Shown here: positions 38,304-49,900 of the stretch, one piece after another
Layout: each line of letters begins with the position of its first letter
Position numbering within the stretch: position 1 is the stretch's first letter
Source: Mobula hypostoma
Taxonomy: Eukaryota
Assembly: GCF_963921235.1 (NCBI RefSeq)
Contig: NC_086108.1
Location: forward strand, 7,378,001 to 7,442,000
DNA length: 64,000 bases
Direction: 5' to 3'
Notes under the pieces: model-generated
Told to the model about the DNA's origin: nothing
Seen by the model: only the letters and a program-made list of their open reading frames with translations
The model's database searches: none
Program-made: the position numbers and the translations under genes

Positions 38304-38823
38304 CAGTGCTGAGCAAAATTCTTAGGCACACATATAGCTAGTGTGGCTAAGACTTTTGCACAGTACTGTAGCAATTTTATATATTGCACTGTACTGCTGC
38401 AAAAAAAGGCAAATTTCATGAGATATGTGAGTAATGATAAACCTGATTCTGATATGGGTCTCTATTGTGGACTGAAAGTGGAAAAGGGGACAGGGAGAGG
38501 GGAATCATAGCTGGGAAAGGGGAAAGGGAGTGGGAAGCACCAGAGAGACACTCTGTAACGATCAATAAACCAATTGTTTGGAATCACATAACCTTGCTTG
38601 GTGTCTCAGGGCTGGGTGTGTCTGCACCCATGCCACCCCCTGCATCTGGCACTCCGTCTCTGCCACCTGTCCCACACCCCTCTCTCAGCACTCCACCCTT
38701 GCCATTCCCAGCATCCTTTGCTCTCACCATAATCTCTTGGCTCCACATTGACAAATACAGTACTGCACAAAAGTCTTAGGTACCCTAGCTATATATATGT
38801 GCTTACAATCTTTTGCAGAGTAC
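38304..38823 (+). mobile_element. Composite element bounded by two ~65-bp palindromic mini-MITEs (most complete copy)
   Basis: Hairpins at 38304-38368 and 38758-38823 (cagtactgtgcaaaagtcttagg-type arms) in opposite orientation. The core begins with a Rex1-type tail (..gataaacctgattctga). Confidence 0.75.
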
Positions 38824-39587
38824 ACCTTTTGGCACTGGGCTTTGCACCTTGGTCCCAGAGTAACACTGTCTCGCTTGGCTCTATTCATGGTATTCATGTT
38901 TGGTTCAAACTTGAACTTGAAATTGATTTAGCCAATTACTTGAGAGGGTGAGTACATGACGGGGCAAATATCATGCAGGTAACTGTCAGCTTGTCCATCC
39001 AGACTCGGCCAGACCATCAGGGGCACGTCCTCCACACCCTTGATGACATCCTCAAAAGGTGATGCCTCAAAAAGGCAGCATCCATCATTGAGGACCCTCA
39101 CCACCCAGGACGTGCCCTCTTCTCATTGCTACCGTCAGCGAGGAAGCACAGGAGCCTGAAGACACTCAACATTTTAGGAACAACTTCTTCCCCTTCGCCG
39201 TCGGAATTATGAACGGTCCATGAATGCTACATCACTATTTTGCTCCCTTTTCACACTTTTGTATATAACTAACTAAGTAAATAAATAAATAATATATATA
39301 TATATATATAGCTGGGTTAAGCTGTTCTCCGATCTTGGCAAGCCATTTGCAAACATTTTGTCACCATACGAGTAGACATAATCAGTGCGCTGTTGACTTG
39401 TGTCTTCCGAACACTCGGCATTTACATACTCATCGATCAGCTGATTGGTTGTCAACATGGAAACTCAATTGTGATGTAGGGAGAGGGTCATGTCGCTGAT
39501 TAGTTGCGTGGCGAACTCTGTTTTATGGTCTGGAATTTTGCCTGCATCAGCTCATAAGCAGGATTGAGGTCTATGTGCCTGTTTACA

Positions 39588-39623
<36 letters not shown>

Positions 39624-39994
39624 GTAATTTATAGTATTTTTTATATATTGCACTGTACTGCTAATGCAAAACAACACATTTCACAACATCTGTCACTGAT
39701 GCTAAACGAAAATCTGATTTTCCTGTATTGGTTGCTTTGAGCTGGCGTTGACTGGAAAAGCTGCACAGTTTTGCAGACTTAGTCAGCCCCAGCATGGGTG
39801 CTAGCTTTCCCACACACTGAGCCTGTCACTGAGGACATCTTGAATAGGTGGTGCCTCAACTAGGCAACACCCATCACGAAGGACATGCCCTCTTCTCATT
39901 AGCATCTTCAGAGAGGAGCTACAGGAATTAACATTTCAGGAGGCTTCTTCCCCTCCACCATCAGATTTCCAAATGATCCATGAATGCATTACTA

Positions 39995-40869
39995 CAGGCT
40001 GACGACCGGTTTTCCAGAACCTGGTGGTTCAAAAACCTCTTTTAACTCAGATGAAGTTATGAAGCCAGGTATCGCTCACTCTTCATGAAATGGTCTGTTA
40101 GATAAGGTGAATGCTGGCAATTCTGTACAGACAGTTATTAAAGAGTTTAACATGAGGGATATTCTTTGGTTCATTGCTCGAGGGTGGGAGAAGCTAGAAC
40201 CCTGAATAGCTGGCACAAGCTGTGGCCTGCTTTGATGTCTGATAATGTACCTGAAGAAAAGCTTGAAGATGACTTTACGGGATTTCATGTACCAAAGGAG
40301 AAAGTAGTTCTTCATGATTTGCTTGTGTATGCAAAAAGTCTTACATGACCTGCTTTAAAAGATATAGCAAGTAGTCTTGATGAAGAAAATCTATGTGAAT
40401 GGATGATTGTTAACAGTGAAACACCTTACGGACTCAGGACTTATAGACAGTGTTCTGAATGCTGATAAAAACGCTGCAAGTGATGAAGATGCAGCGATGC
40501 TGATGAAACCGAAAAATTTATTATTGACAAGTTAACTGAGTTGTTGGATGATTTAATCAAAGAGTCAGAGAACCGTACCTTCATGACAGAACAAGAGCTA
40601 AAGAATTTTTATTTGTTGCAAGAAAAATTACAGAGGGAGAGATCAAAACACCTGGATGAAATGTTTAAAAAGATAACTGAGAAGCAGCATTCTTTGTCAG
40701 CACAGTAATTAATGAATTTACATTTAATTTTTGTTTAATTAATAATCCTTTTTAAACTTCTACAGTCTATTTTTGACATTATTGTTGCGTAACCTCTTTT
40801 AATTCGGCAAAAATATTAATCCAGCAAGGCTCAGGAACTGAGGGTGCGGGAAAATTGGTGGTCAACCTG
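39995..40869 (+). mobile_element. pogo/Tigger (Jerky-like) deletion derivative
   Basis: TA|caggctgacgaccggttttcc ... ggaaaattggtggtcaacctg|TA. Peptides KEFNMRDILWFIARGWE and NSWHKLWPALM..DDFTGF. Confidence 0.8.
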
Positions 40870-41199
40870 TATCTTGCTCTGGTCTCAGAGCGGTCTGAGA
40901 GTGAGGAATGACCCACTGTTTGGATGATTTAAGAACTGTGCCAAATTGAAAAGATTAGTGTGTCGGGGCCGGAGGTGAGTTGAGGGCTGGGCTCTGCTCG
41001 CCGCTCCCCGTCCTTTACTCGGCTGTGCGCTGAACTGATGCTGTGGCCTGCTCCAGCTGCTGTGGTGCCTGGCTTCGTGTCTTTTGTAAAACTTCATTCC
41101 TGAATGTTATTTGCTTACTTTTATTGTTTGCACAATTTGTTTTTTTCTCTCTCTACCTTGGGTGTTGGAGGGTATTTTTTAATGGGTTCTGTTGGGTTT

Positions 41200-42530
41200 A
41201 AACCATAAGACACAGGAGCAGAATTAGGCCGTTCAGCCTATTGTTTGCTCCGCTATTCCATCATGGCTGATCCTGGATCCCACTCAACCCCATTATACCT
41301 GCCTTCTCGCCGTATCCTTTGATGCCCTGACCGATCAGGAAACTATCAACTTCCACCTTAAATAAATGCACCTCCACCGCAGTCTGTGGTAGAGCATTCC
41401 ACAGATTTACTATTCTTTGGCTCTTTACCTCTCTTCTAAAGGGTTGCTCCTCAATTTCAAGACTGTGCCCTCTAGTTCTGGATACCCCCATCATAAGAAA
41501 CGTCCTCTCCACATCCACCCTATCTAATCCTTTCAATATTCAACACACATCAAAGTTGCTGGTCCAGCATCTGCAGAATTCCTGTTGTTTGCCTTTCAAC
41601 ATTCGGTAGGTTTCAATGATATCCCCCGCGTCTTTCTGAATTCCAGCGAGTACAGGCCCAAGGCTGCCAAATGCTCCTCATATGTTAATGCCTCATTCAT
41701 TCCCAGAATCATTCTGGTGAATCTCCTCTTAACTCTCTCCAATGACAACACATCCTTTCTGAGAAATGGGCCCCAAACTGTTGACAATACACCAAGTGCG
41801 GCCTGACTAGCGTCTTATAAAGGCTCAGCATTATCTCCCTGCTTTTATATTCTATTTCCCCTTGAAATAAATGCCAGCATTGCATTTGCCTTCTTTACCA
41901 CAGACTCAACCTGTAAATTAACCTTCAGGGAGTCTTGCACGAGGACTCCTAAGTCCCTCTGCACCTCTGATGTTTGAACCTACTCCCCATTTAGATAATA
42001 ATCCACGCTATTGTTCCTTCTACCAAAATACATTATCATATATTTTCCAACACTGTATTCCATCTGCCACTTTTTTTGCCCATTCTTCCAATTTGTCAAA
42101 CTCCTACTGCAATCGTATTGCTTCCCCAGCACTACCTACCCCTCCACCTGTCTTTATATCATCTGCAAACTTTGCCACAAAACTATCAATTCCACCATCT
42201 AAATCATTGACAAACAACGTGAAAAGCAGCTATCCCACCTGACCCCTGAGGAACACCACTAGTCACTGGCAGCCAACCAGAAAAGGCTCCTTTTATTCCC
42301 ACTCGCTGCCTCCTGCCTGTCAGACATTCCACTATCCATGTCAGTATCTTTCCTGTAATACCATAGGGTTTTATCTTGTTAAGCAGCCTCACGTGTGGCA
42401 CCTTATCAAACGCCTTCTGAAAATCCAAGTAAATGACATCAACTGCCTCTCCTTTGTCCGCCCTGCTTGTTACTTCCTCGAAGAACTCTAACAGATTTGT
42501 CAGGCAAGATTTTCCAATGCAGAAACCATG
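41200..42530 (-). mobile_element. CR1 LINE 3' fragment containing a 50-bp Penelope-end micro-insertion (41542-41591)
   Basis: DFQKAFDKVPHVRLLNK..VTSGVPQGS. The insert is flanked by TSD cctttcaa(t/c)attc. Confidence 0.9.
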
Positions 42531-42706
42531 TTCCTTTGTTTTGTGGCTGCTTGTCAGGAGATGAATCTCATTGTATAATGTATACAGTACATACTTTAAT
42601 AATAAATGTACTTTGAGCTTTGAAATATATCACCATATAATTCCATGAGATTCATTTTCTTGCAGACATTTACATGAAAATAAAGAAATGCAATAGAATC
42701 CATATA

Positions 42707-43017
42707 CAGTCGGCCCTCCTTATCCGTGGGTTCAACCAACCGCGGATCAGGAAAACCCGGAAGATCTCTCTCCAGCATTTGTTGTTTGAGCATTTTTTCT
42801 TGTCATTAAACAATACAGTATAACAACTATTTACATAGCATTTACATTGTATTAGTTATTATAAATAATCTAGGGATGATTTAAAGTATACGGGAGGATG
42901 TGCGCAGGTTATATGCAAATACTACGCCATTTTATATAATGGACTTGAGCATCCGTGTTTTTTGGTATCCGCGGGGAGTCCCGGAACCAATCCCCCGTGG
43001 ATAAGGAGGGCCGACTG
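42707..43017. mobile_element. MER2-like Tigger MITE
   Basis: Perfect TIRs cagtcggccctccttatcc / ggataaggagggccgactg with TA TSD. The body matches 30340-30570. Confidence 0.92.
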
Positions 43018-43439
43018 TATGAACAAAGACTGACAACCGGTGTGCAAAAGAGGACAAACTGTGCGAATAAAAAATCAATAATACTGAGACCATGAGTTGT
43101 GGAATGCTTGAAAAAGCCTGTGGGTTGTGGGATCAGTTCAGCTGAGTTGAGTGGAGTTACCTACACTGGTTCAGGAGACTGATGGCTGAGGAGTACTGTT
43201 CCCTCCTGGCAACATCCCCATAACTTGTTTCTGCAGCAAGATAGCCCGGCTTCTACACTCCAAAGACCATCGTAACACCTGCTTTCGTCACCTCCTGGCA
43301 TGTTTCCCTGTGGTGACTGTGAACCAGGACACCAGATTTCACACTACCTCTGTCTTCCTCGCCAAATTGGGTACTGAAATACAAGACGATCCTGAAGGCC
43401 TAGTGGCCAGACCCTGCTCCTGCACATCTGCTTCCATAC

Positions 43440-43880
43440 ACAATATTCCATCTGCCACTTCTTTGCCCTTTCTCCCAATCTGTCTGAACCCTTCTGCAGA
43501 CCTCCTGCTTCCTTAACTCTATCTGGCCCTCCACCTGCCTTTGTATCATCTGCAAACTTGGCCACAATTCCATCATTCAAATCATTGACATATAACTTGA
43601 AAAGAAGCGATCCTGTTACTGAACCCTGTCGAACACCTCTTGTCACTGGCAGCCAACCAGAATGGGCTCCTTTTATTCCCACTCTTTGCCTACTGCCAAC
43701 CAGCCAATCCTTTACCTATGCTAGTTTCTTTCTGATGTTAACCCATCCCTTGTCAAAGGCCTTTGCAAAATCCAAATAAGCAACATTTACTGATTCATCT
43801 TTGTCTATCCTGCTTATTATTTCTTCAAAAAATTCCAGCAGATTTGTCAGGCAAGATCTCCTTAAGGAAACCATGCTGCA
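43440..43880 (-). mobile_element. CR1 LINE RT fragment
   Basis: VTRGVRQGSVTGSLLFKLYVNDL..AKFADDTK. Confidence 0.85.
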
Positions 43881-43884
43881 CACG

Positions 43885-44212
43885 GCCACAGAGTCAGTTC
43901 GGTGTTGAGGGAGTGACGATGGTTGTAGGTCACAGTCACAGAGTTAGTTCAGTACTGAGGGAGTGACGATGGTTGTAGGTCACAGTCACAGAGTCAGTTC
44001 AGTACTGAGGGAGTGACGATGATGACAGGCCACAGTCACAGAGTTAGTTCAGTACTGAGGGAGTGACGATGGTTGTAGGTCACAGTCACAGAGTCAGTTC
44101 AGTACTGAGGGAGTGACGATGATGACAGGCCACAGTCACAGAGTTAGTTCAGTACTGAGGGAGTGACGATGATGACAGGCCACAGTCACAGAGTTAGTTC
44201 AGTGCTGAGGTG
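43885..44212. repeat. 50-bp tandem repeat (~6.5 units) with a duplicated 100-bp dimer
   Basis: Unit cacagtcacagagt(t/c)agttcagtactgagggagtgacgat(ggttgtaggt/gatgacaggc). 43971-44070 is identical to 44071-44170. Confidence 0.97.
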
Positions 44213-46229
44213 AGTAAAGCCTCCCAGAGTAGTGAGCTGAACAATGGTTCGTCCTCCACCCTCAGCCTCAATGCCTTAATCTTATTAATGTGGCTTGGCG
44301 TTTAAATTGGCGAATTACCGATTTGCTTTTCACTCTCGGGTCTGGGTCCCCCTGGCCCAAAGTTACAATCCGGGCCGAAGTCTGCTCCAGCAATGGCCGC
44401 TGTGACCATACCTGCATTCTCGAGAGTCCAGTTGGCTGAACCCCTGAAGGTTTCATACAGGTGGTCCAAAAGCACACCTCCCTACAGGAAATTACAGGGT
44501 GCAGATTACAGTGATCGCAGTCCTGAAAAGGTACCTTTAGTAGAATTGTTAGTCACTTTGTCAGCTGCCTGTAAAACGTTGCTGTGTCTTGTCACATGGA
44601 CTAAAGAAAACTGACAGAAAACTGGAGGGCTATGTGGGAGGGAAGGGTTAGATTGAATTAGAGTATGTTAAAAGGGTGTGGGCCGAAGGGCCTGTACTGT
44701 GCTGTGGGGAACAAGGGCACTGCGTTTGCTCTCCGGTCTGCCATTTGTCCTCAGGCTGAGGATGTGGATTGATGGGAGAGGAGAGGTGGAAGGCAGATCG
44801 GCTGTTCGGGACTGGGCTCTGGCCTTAAAGACTAGATTAGCTTTATCTGTCACTAGTACATTGAAACAGTGAAATAGTGGAATGTCAATGACCAGCACTG
44901 TCTGAGGATGTGATGCTACAATTTGTTTTGATGTTTGGATGTACATGTAATATAGAAAGCTTATCTTTAATCTTCTATATCATCCTTCTTCCCACCCCTT
45001 CCCTCCCTCCGCCTCTATCTGTTTTCTCTCTTTCTCTTTTCTCCCCCATTCATCCCCTCTCTTTCATCTCTCTGCCCCCACTCTCCCCCTCTTTTCACTG
45101 TCTCCCTCCCTCCCCCCCTTTCTATCTCTCTCCCTCTCTCCATTCCCCTTCTCATTATCTCTCTCCCCTCATCCCCTCTTTCTCACTCCATCTCTTTCCC
45201 TTCCTTCGCCCCCCTCTTTTTATCTCTCGCTTGCTATCTCTCCATTCCCCCCTCTCTCTCTTCCCCTTTTTCAGGAGAAGCGCTAAGGTGGTGCTAGCTG
45301 GTGTTATAGCCCCAGCAGAAATTACAATAGCACCAGCGTAACACCACCAAGAAATTAACTGAAATTTCACACACAAATTGTAGCTGCTTTGCTTTCTCTG
45401 TATAGTTTTGAATACAGTTTGTTTCTCCAGTTGATCTAATGAAACAGCGGCCCCAATTACCATAGCACCCACACAGCAATAAAGTTATAAACTCTGTCAG
45501 ATCCACTCTACACTTCTGCTTATTCATTCGTTGTCAATGTCTTGCCATTGCTGTCCTCAGATCAGTTAAGCTGATCTAAGATCACTTCAGGTGGTGACGT
45601 CACTCACGCTCACTTACGCGAGAGATTGATAAGTGTACATCCAGTCGCAAATCCATGGTCTCGCAAGACTAACGGATGCCACACACACACACATTGTGCT
45701 TTTACAAGCAAGCGTGCGCCTGGCACGTGCATTATTTTGGCCGGCGTGAAAAATGGATCGATTTTTAGTCAGAAAACGACCTCATCCAGAGGAATCAGTG
45801 ATGTCTCAGCCTGAGCCTGTCTTAATTGAAAGTGACATGCAGAAAGGAGTAAGTGGGGATGAGGATGACAGCAGTTCATCGAAGGAGTGTGAGGGCGAAG
45901 TAGAGGAACAAGAAATGGAGCCGGATTCGGAAGAGAACGTGGATGAAGCTTCTCTTAGTGCGAGTGGGAATACTGTTAGTGTCAGCCAGCAGCCTGAGGA
46001 AGGACCCCATCAGCCAGCATTGAAAAAGTACCCTTCGCTGCCTGCAACAGTTTGGCAATCAGCAAAGGAGTTTTATTCGAGGCTGCTTTGACTGGCTGGA
46101 ATATTCGACCACGAAAGATACTAAGTTCTGCTTCACAAACACAAAATACTCTGCAGATGCTGGGGTCAAAGCAACACTCACAACACGCTGGAGGAACTCA
46201 GCAGGTCGGGCAGCATCCGTGGAAACGAT

Positions 46230-46267
46230 GAGTCGATGTTTCGGTCCGGAACCCTTCGTCAGGACTG
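46230..46267 (-). ncRNA. Minimal type-I hammerhead ribozyme motif
   Basis: Minus strand cagtc-CTGACGA-a-gggttccggacc-GAAA-c-ATC-gactc. Confidence 0.65.
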
Positions 46268-46907
46268 TAGAGGGAGGGGGCAGAGGCCCTGTAAAGAAGG
46301 TGGGGAGAGGGTGGGAAGGAGAAGGCTGGTAGGTTCCAGGTGAAAAACCAGTAAGGGGAAAGATAAAGAGGTGGGGGAGAGGAAGCAGGGAGGTGACAGG
46401 CAGGAAAGGTGAAGAAGGAATAGGGGAAAACACAATGGGTAGTAGAAGGAGGCGGAACCATGAGGGAGGTGATAGGCACCTGGGGGAGGGGGCAGAGTGA
46501 CATAGGGATGGGGGAAGGGAGGGGGAGGGAATTACCGGAAGTTGGAGAATTCTATGTTCATACCAAGGGGCTGGAGACTACCTAGACGGTATATGAGGTG
46601 TTGCTCCTCCAACCTGAGTTTAGCCTCATCATGGCAGTAGATGAGGCCATGTATGGACATATCTGACTGGAGCTGCACTCTGCCCCCTCCCCCAGCTGCC
46701 TATCACCTCCCTCATGGTTCCGCCTCCTTCTACTACCCATTGTGTTTTCCCCTATTCCTTCTTCACCTTTCCTGCCTGTCACCTCCCTGCTTCCCCTCCC
46801 CCACCCCTTTATCTTTCCCCTTACTGGTTTTTCACCTGGAACCTACCAGCCTTCTCCTTCCCACCCTCCCCCCACCTTCTTTATAGGGCCTCTGCCCCTT
46901 CCCTCTT

Positions 46908-46945
46908 CAGTCCTGACGAAGGGTTCCGGCCCGAAACGTTGACCG
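46908..46945 (+). ncRNA. Minimal type-I hammerhead ribozyme motif
   Basis: cagtc-CTGACGA-a-ggg ttccgg ccc-GAAA-c-GTT-gaccg, with palindromic AACGTT at helix III. Confidence 0.72.
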
Positions 46946-49900
46946 ATCTTTTCCACGGATGCTGCCCGACCTTCTGAGTTCCTCCAGCATGTTGTGAGTG
47001 CTACGTTCTGCTTCGCATGCAGGCATTTCCTGTGTGGAGGACATGGCTTCCATTCTGAGTCCACCTTCACTGTCACCGGTTACCGCAACTGGTGGAAAGC
47101 TACAACAGCTTTCAAAACCCACCATGTAAGTGCAGTTCATAAGTTTGCGATGGAGGCAAGGGCCAAATTCAGACTGAGAAAACAAGGCGGTTAAAGATTA
47201 GGAAATATGCTTGACAAAGGACATGCAAAGATTGTCCAAGAAAATCGTGAGTATATGAGAGCAGTGGTTGAGTCTCTAGCAAGGACAGACAGTGAATGAC
47301 ACAGTGGAATTTCTAGCTCCAATGAGACCCTACCGCGATGTATTTATAGATTTATACAAACCAATCTGCATATCACTGACTCTACCTGCGACATCTGCTT
47401 CATGCAAACGGAGTTTCTCTTGCCTCAGACGCCTCAAAAACTACCTAAGGAATAGCAGCGGCGACGCTCGGAACAGCAACTTGGCCCTGTTGGCCATAAA
47501 CAGCCGGAGGACCAAAGCACTTCACATCCAGAAAATCATTGATGCTTTCACCACCAATCACAACAACAGATGGATTGTGCTTCTCTGAAAACATCAATGG
47601 TGAGTGCAGTTAATTTTTTAAAAATTTGGTCCAAGACTAATGCTGATTATTATTATTATTTTGTGATGGATACCCCATAGTCCTTATGTTTCCTGCAAAT
47701 CCCAAAATATTACATTTACTGCTATTAAGCCCACTGGTTTTGCTTAGACTTCCAAGTGGTGATTCTGTTGATTTTTGTTTTAAATTCAGTAGCCGAATTA
47801 ATTGAGGTATTACATGGTCAGGGTACAATTTGTCCAACTCCTGGTAAAGCCTTGCACCTGTTGTTTGCCTTATTTCATTTTAATAACGGTGTATCTTTTG
47901 GCATTGTCTGTCTATGTAATGTGAATAGCAGTGAACATTGTGGGTTAGTGTTGTGTTTTTCAGTTGAAAAGCATGCATTTGGTGCTGATTGTGGGATTGG
48001 TGCGTGATCCACATTGTGCGCTGTGGGTCGGATGCTCTGTTGGTTTGCTTGTTTATGCTCTGTGTAGCCCGGGTTGTCTCTGATGCTGTTGACACTGTCA
48101 CAGTTCACTTCTACATTATATTTATCAATTGCTGTTGCTTGTGAATCAACAGAAGCATTTATAGTAGGCACATAATGCTTGAAACTGACTTTTGAATGCC
48201 ACGCGTCTGGCCTTGCGAATACATATAACCATACAGTACATCCCTCAGCACCATCACTGAGTAATTCAGCCCCACTGTAGCACCAGCAAGAAAAAATCTC
48301 TGGCCCACCACTGCCCTTTTTACCTCCCTCCCCCTCTTTCTGTCCCTCCCTCCCTCTACTCCCCCATCTCTTTCTACCCACTCCCCATCTATCACTCTCT
48401 CTACCCCTCCCCATCTCTCTTCCTTCCTCTCTCTCTATCTCCTCCCCCATTTCCCTCTTTTTCTCCCCCTCTCTTTCTACCACCTCCTCTCCCTCATCCC
48501 TCTCTCTTTCTCCAAACAGCAGTGATCACGGTCACGCCATGGATACAGCCAACTCTCGTCCAATTACCTGGTGAACGAGTGACCTCACGTTAACAACACG
48601 GAGTAACAGTTTAAATTAAACGATGATCTCAGTGTGTTTGTCAGGGGCTGTTATTGTTTTTTTTTTCGCTTTGCATACACAGAGATTAAAAAATTGGGTG
48701 ATGTCATTGAGGTTCGTTCAAAGAATGAGTCAACCCTTCTCTCTCTCTCTCTCTGAGGAGCGGACAGAGAAGTGCAAAATCTGCCGCTTCCTCTCGGTGA
48801 TAAAAACCGCAGGACCTGAGCACGTGTGGTTAAATGCTTGTCTCATTAGTGGCTCACACTACCAATGCAACAGGAATGTGGGAAGCGATGGTGCCTGAAG
48901 GCAAGGAAGTAATTGTGTTTGGGGCGGGCTCCTGCCGCGCTACCATCAAACTTCATAAAACATCAAACATTCAGCAAAGGAACAAGACCTTCGGCTGTGC
49001 CGAACTAACTCACCTAGAATTAAAGGGCCCGACTAAATGAACCCCTCCCGTCCGCACAAGAAATCAGAATTATTATCAGAAAATATCGGAATTATCCGAA
49101 AATTATTCAGAAAATATCAGAAACGAGTTTATTACCTCTGACATAAGACATGAAATTTGTTACAAAAAGAAATATACCTATATGTATTTTAATGCTGCCT
49201 AGCAACCCTTCCCCGTATGTTAATTAATACCTACAGGCAGCGGCGGGAATTGAACCCGGATCGCAAATTCCTTAAAGTGTTGTGCTAACCACTCGGCTGT
49301 CATACAACACTGGAGTCTTTGGTGACGTATCAAGTCTCCCCGAACCCCCAATAATATTAAGATATGAATAAATTGTGATCTAAAAATAATATTCCTGAAA
49401 TTCCTCTTTCGTGTCTTCATGGCACATATGATCCCGAGTTCTGGTCTCAGAACAAAAATAAAACTCTTTGTACTGAAACATAGGCATTTGTTTAGCACTT
49501 TCCATGTTAGAAAAGATCTGAGGGCTTGGAACAGGAAACAAGGAAGCCAGTTGCCACACTGCAAGCTCTGGCAGACCATGAGACACTGTGTGAGTGGCTC
49601 GTTTTTAATGATGTTTGGTGGGGGATACATTTGGGTTGGTGGACCTCCAGAAGAATGTTAAACAACAGCTGAGAAAGGATGTGAATGCATCTCAGATGGG
49701 CATCTCATCCAGGAGACTTGGCTGCTGCCCATGGCTGACAGCTGAGTGAATTTTTATTGTATTTATTTTATTTAGAGATACGGCATGGATCGACAGGCCT
49801 TTCCGGCCCCAAAAACCACCTGCTTAGGCCTAGCCTGATGACAGGACAATTTCTTTGGACTGTGGGATGAGACCGGGGCACCCATGCGCTCACGGGAGGG

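Larger units (their letters stand above)
46135..47000 (-). mobile_element. Penelope-like element with inverted terminal repeat, nested in the hAT transposase
   Basis: 14-bp TSD cta(a/c)gttctgcttc at 46121-46134 and 47001-47014. Arms 46175-46499 and 46676-47000 are reverse complements. The loop encodes KLRLEEQHLIYRLGSLQPLGMNIEFSNFR on the minus strand. Confidence 0.93.
45272..48313 (+). mobile_element. hAT transposon (ZMYM1/Tip100-like transposase), internally deleted
   Basis: 8-bp TSD cccttttt at 45264-45271 and 48314-48321, CAG...CTG termini. ATG at 45753 (MDRFLVRKR), TTF-type zinc finger WLEYS..FCFACRHF, VQENREYMRAVVE, and hAT dimerisation domain LTLPATSASCKRSFSCLRRLKNYLR (47292-47588). 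The catalytic core is missing. Confidence 0.92.

Noticed and set aside
40050..40710. Domesticated JRK/TIGD-like gene
   Set aside because: Multiple stops and frameshifts, only the C-terminal part is present, and it is flanked by TIRs and a TA TSD.
45753..47588. Host ZMYM1/THAP12-like gene
   Set aside because: Frameshifted, interrupted, missing the catalytic core, and enclosed by an 8-bp TSD. It is a dead hAT transposon.
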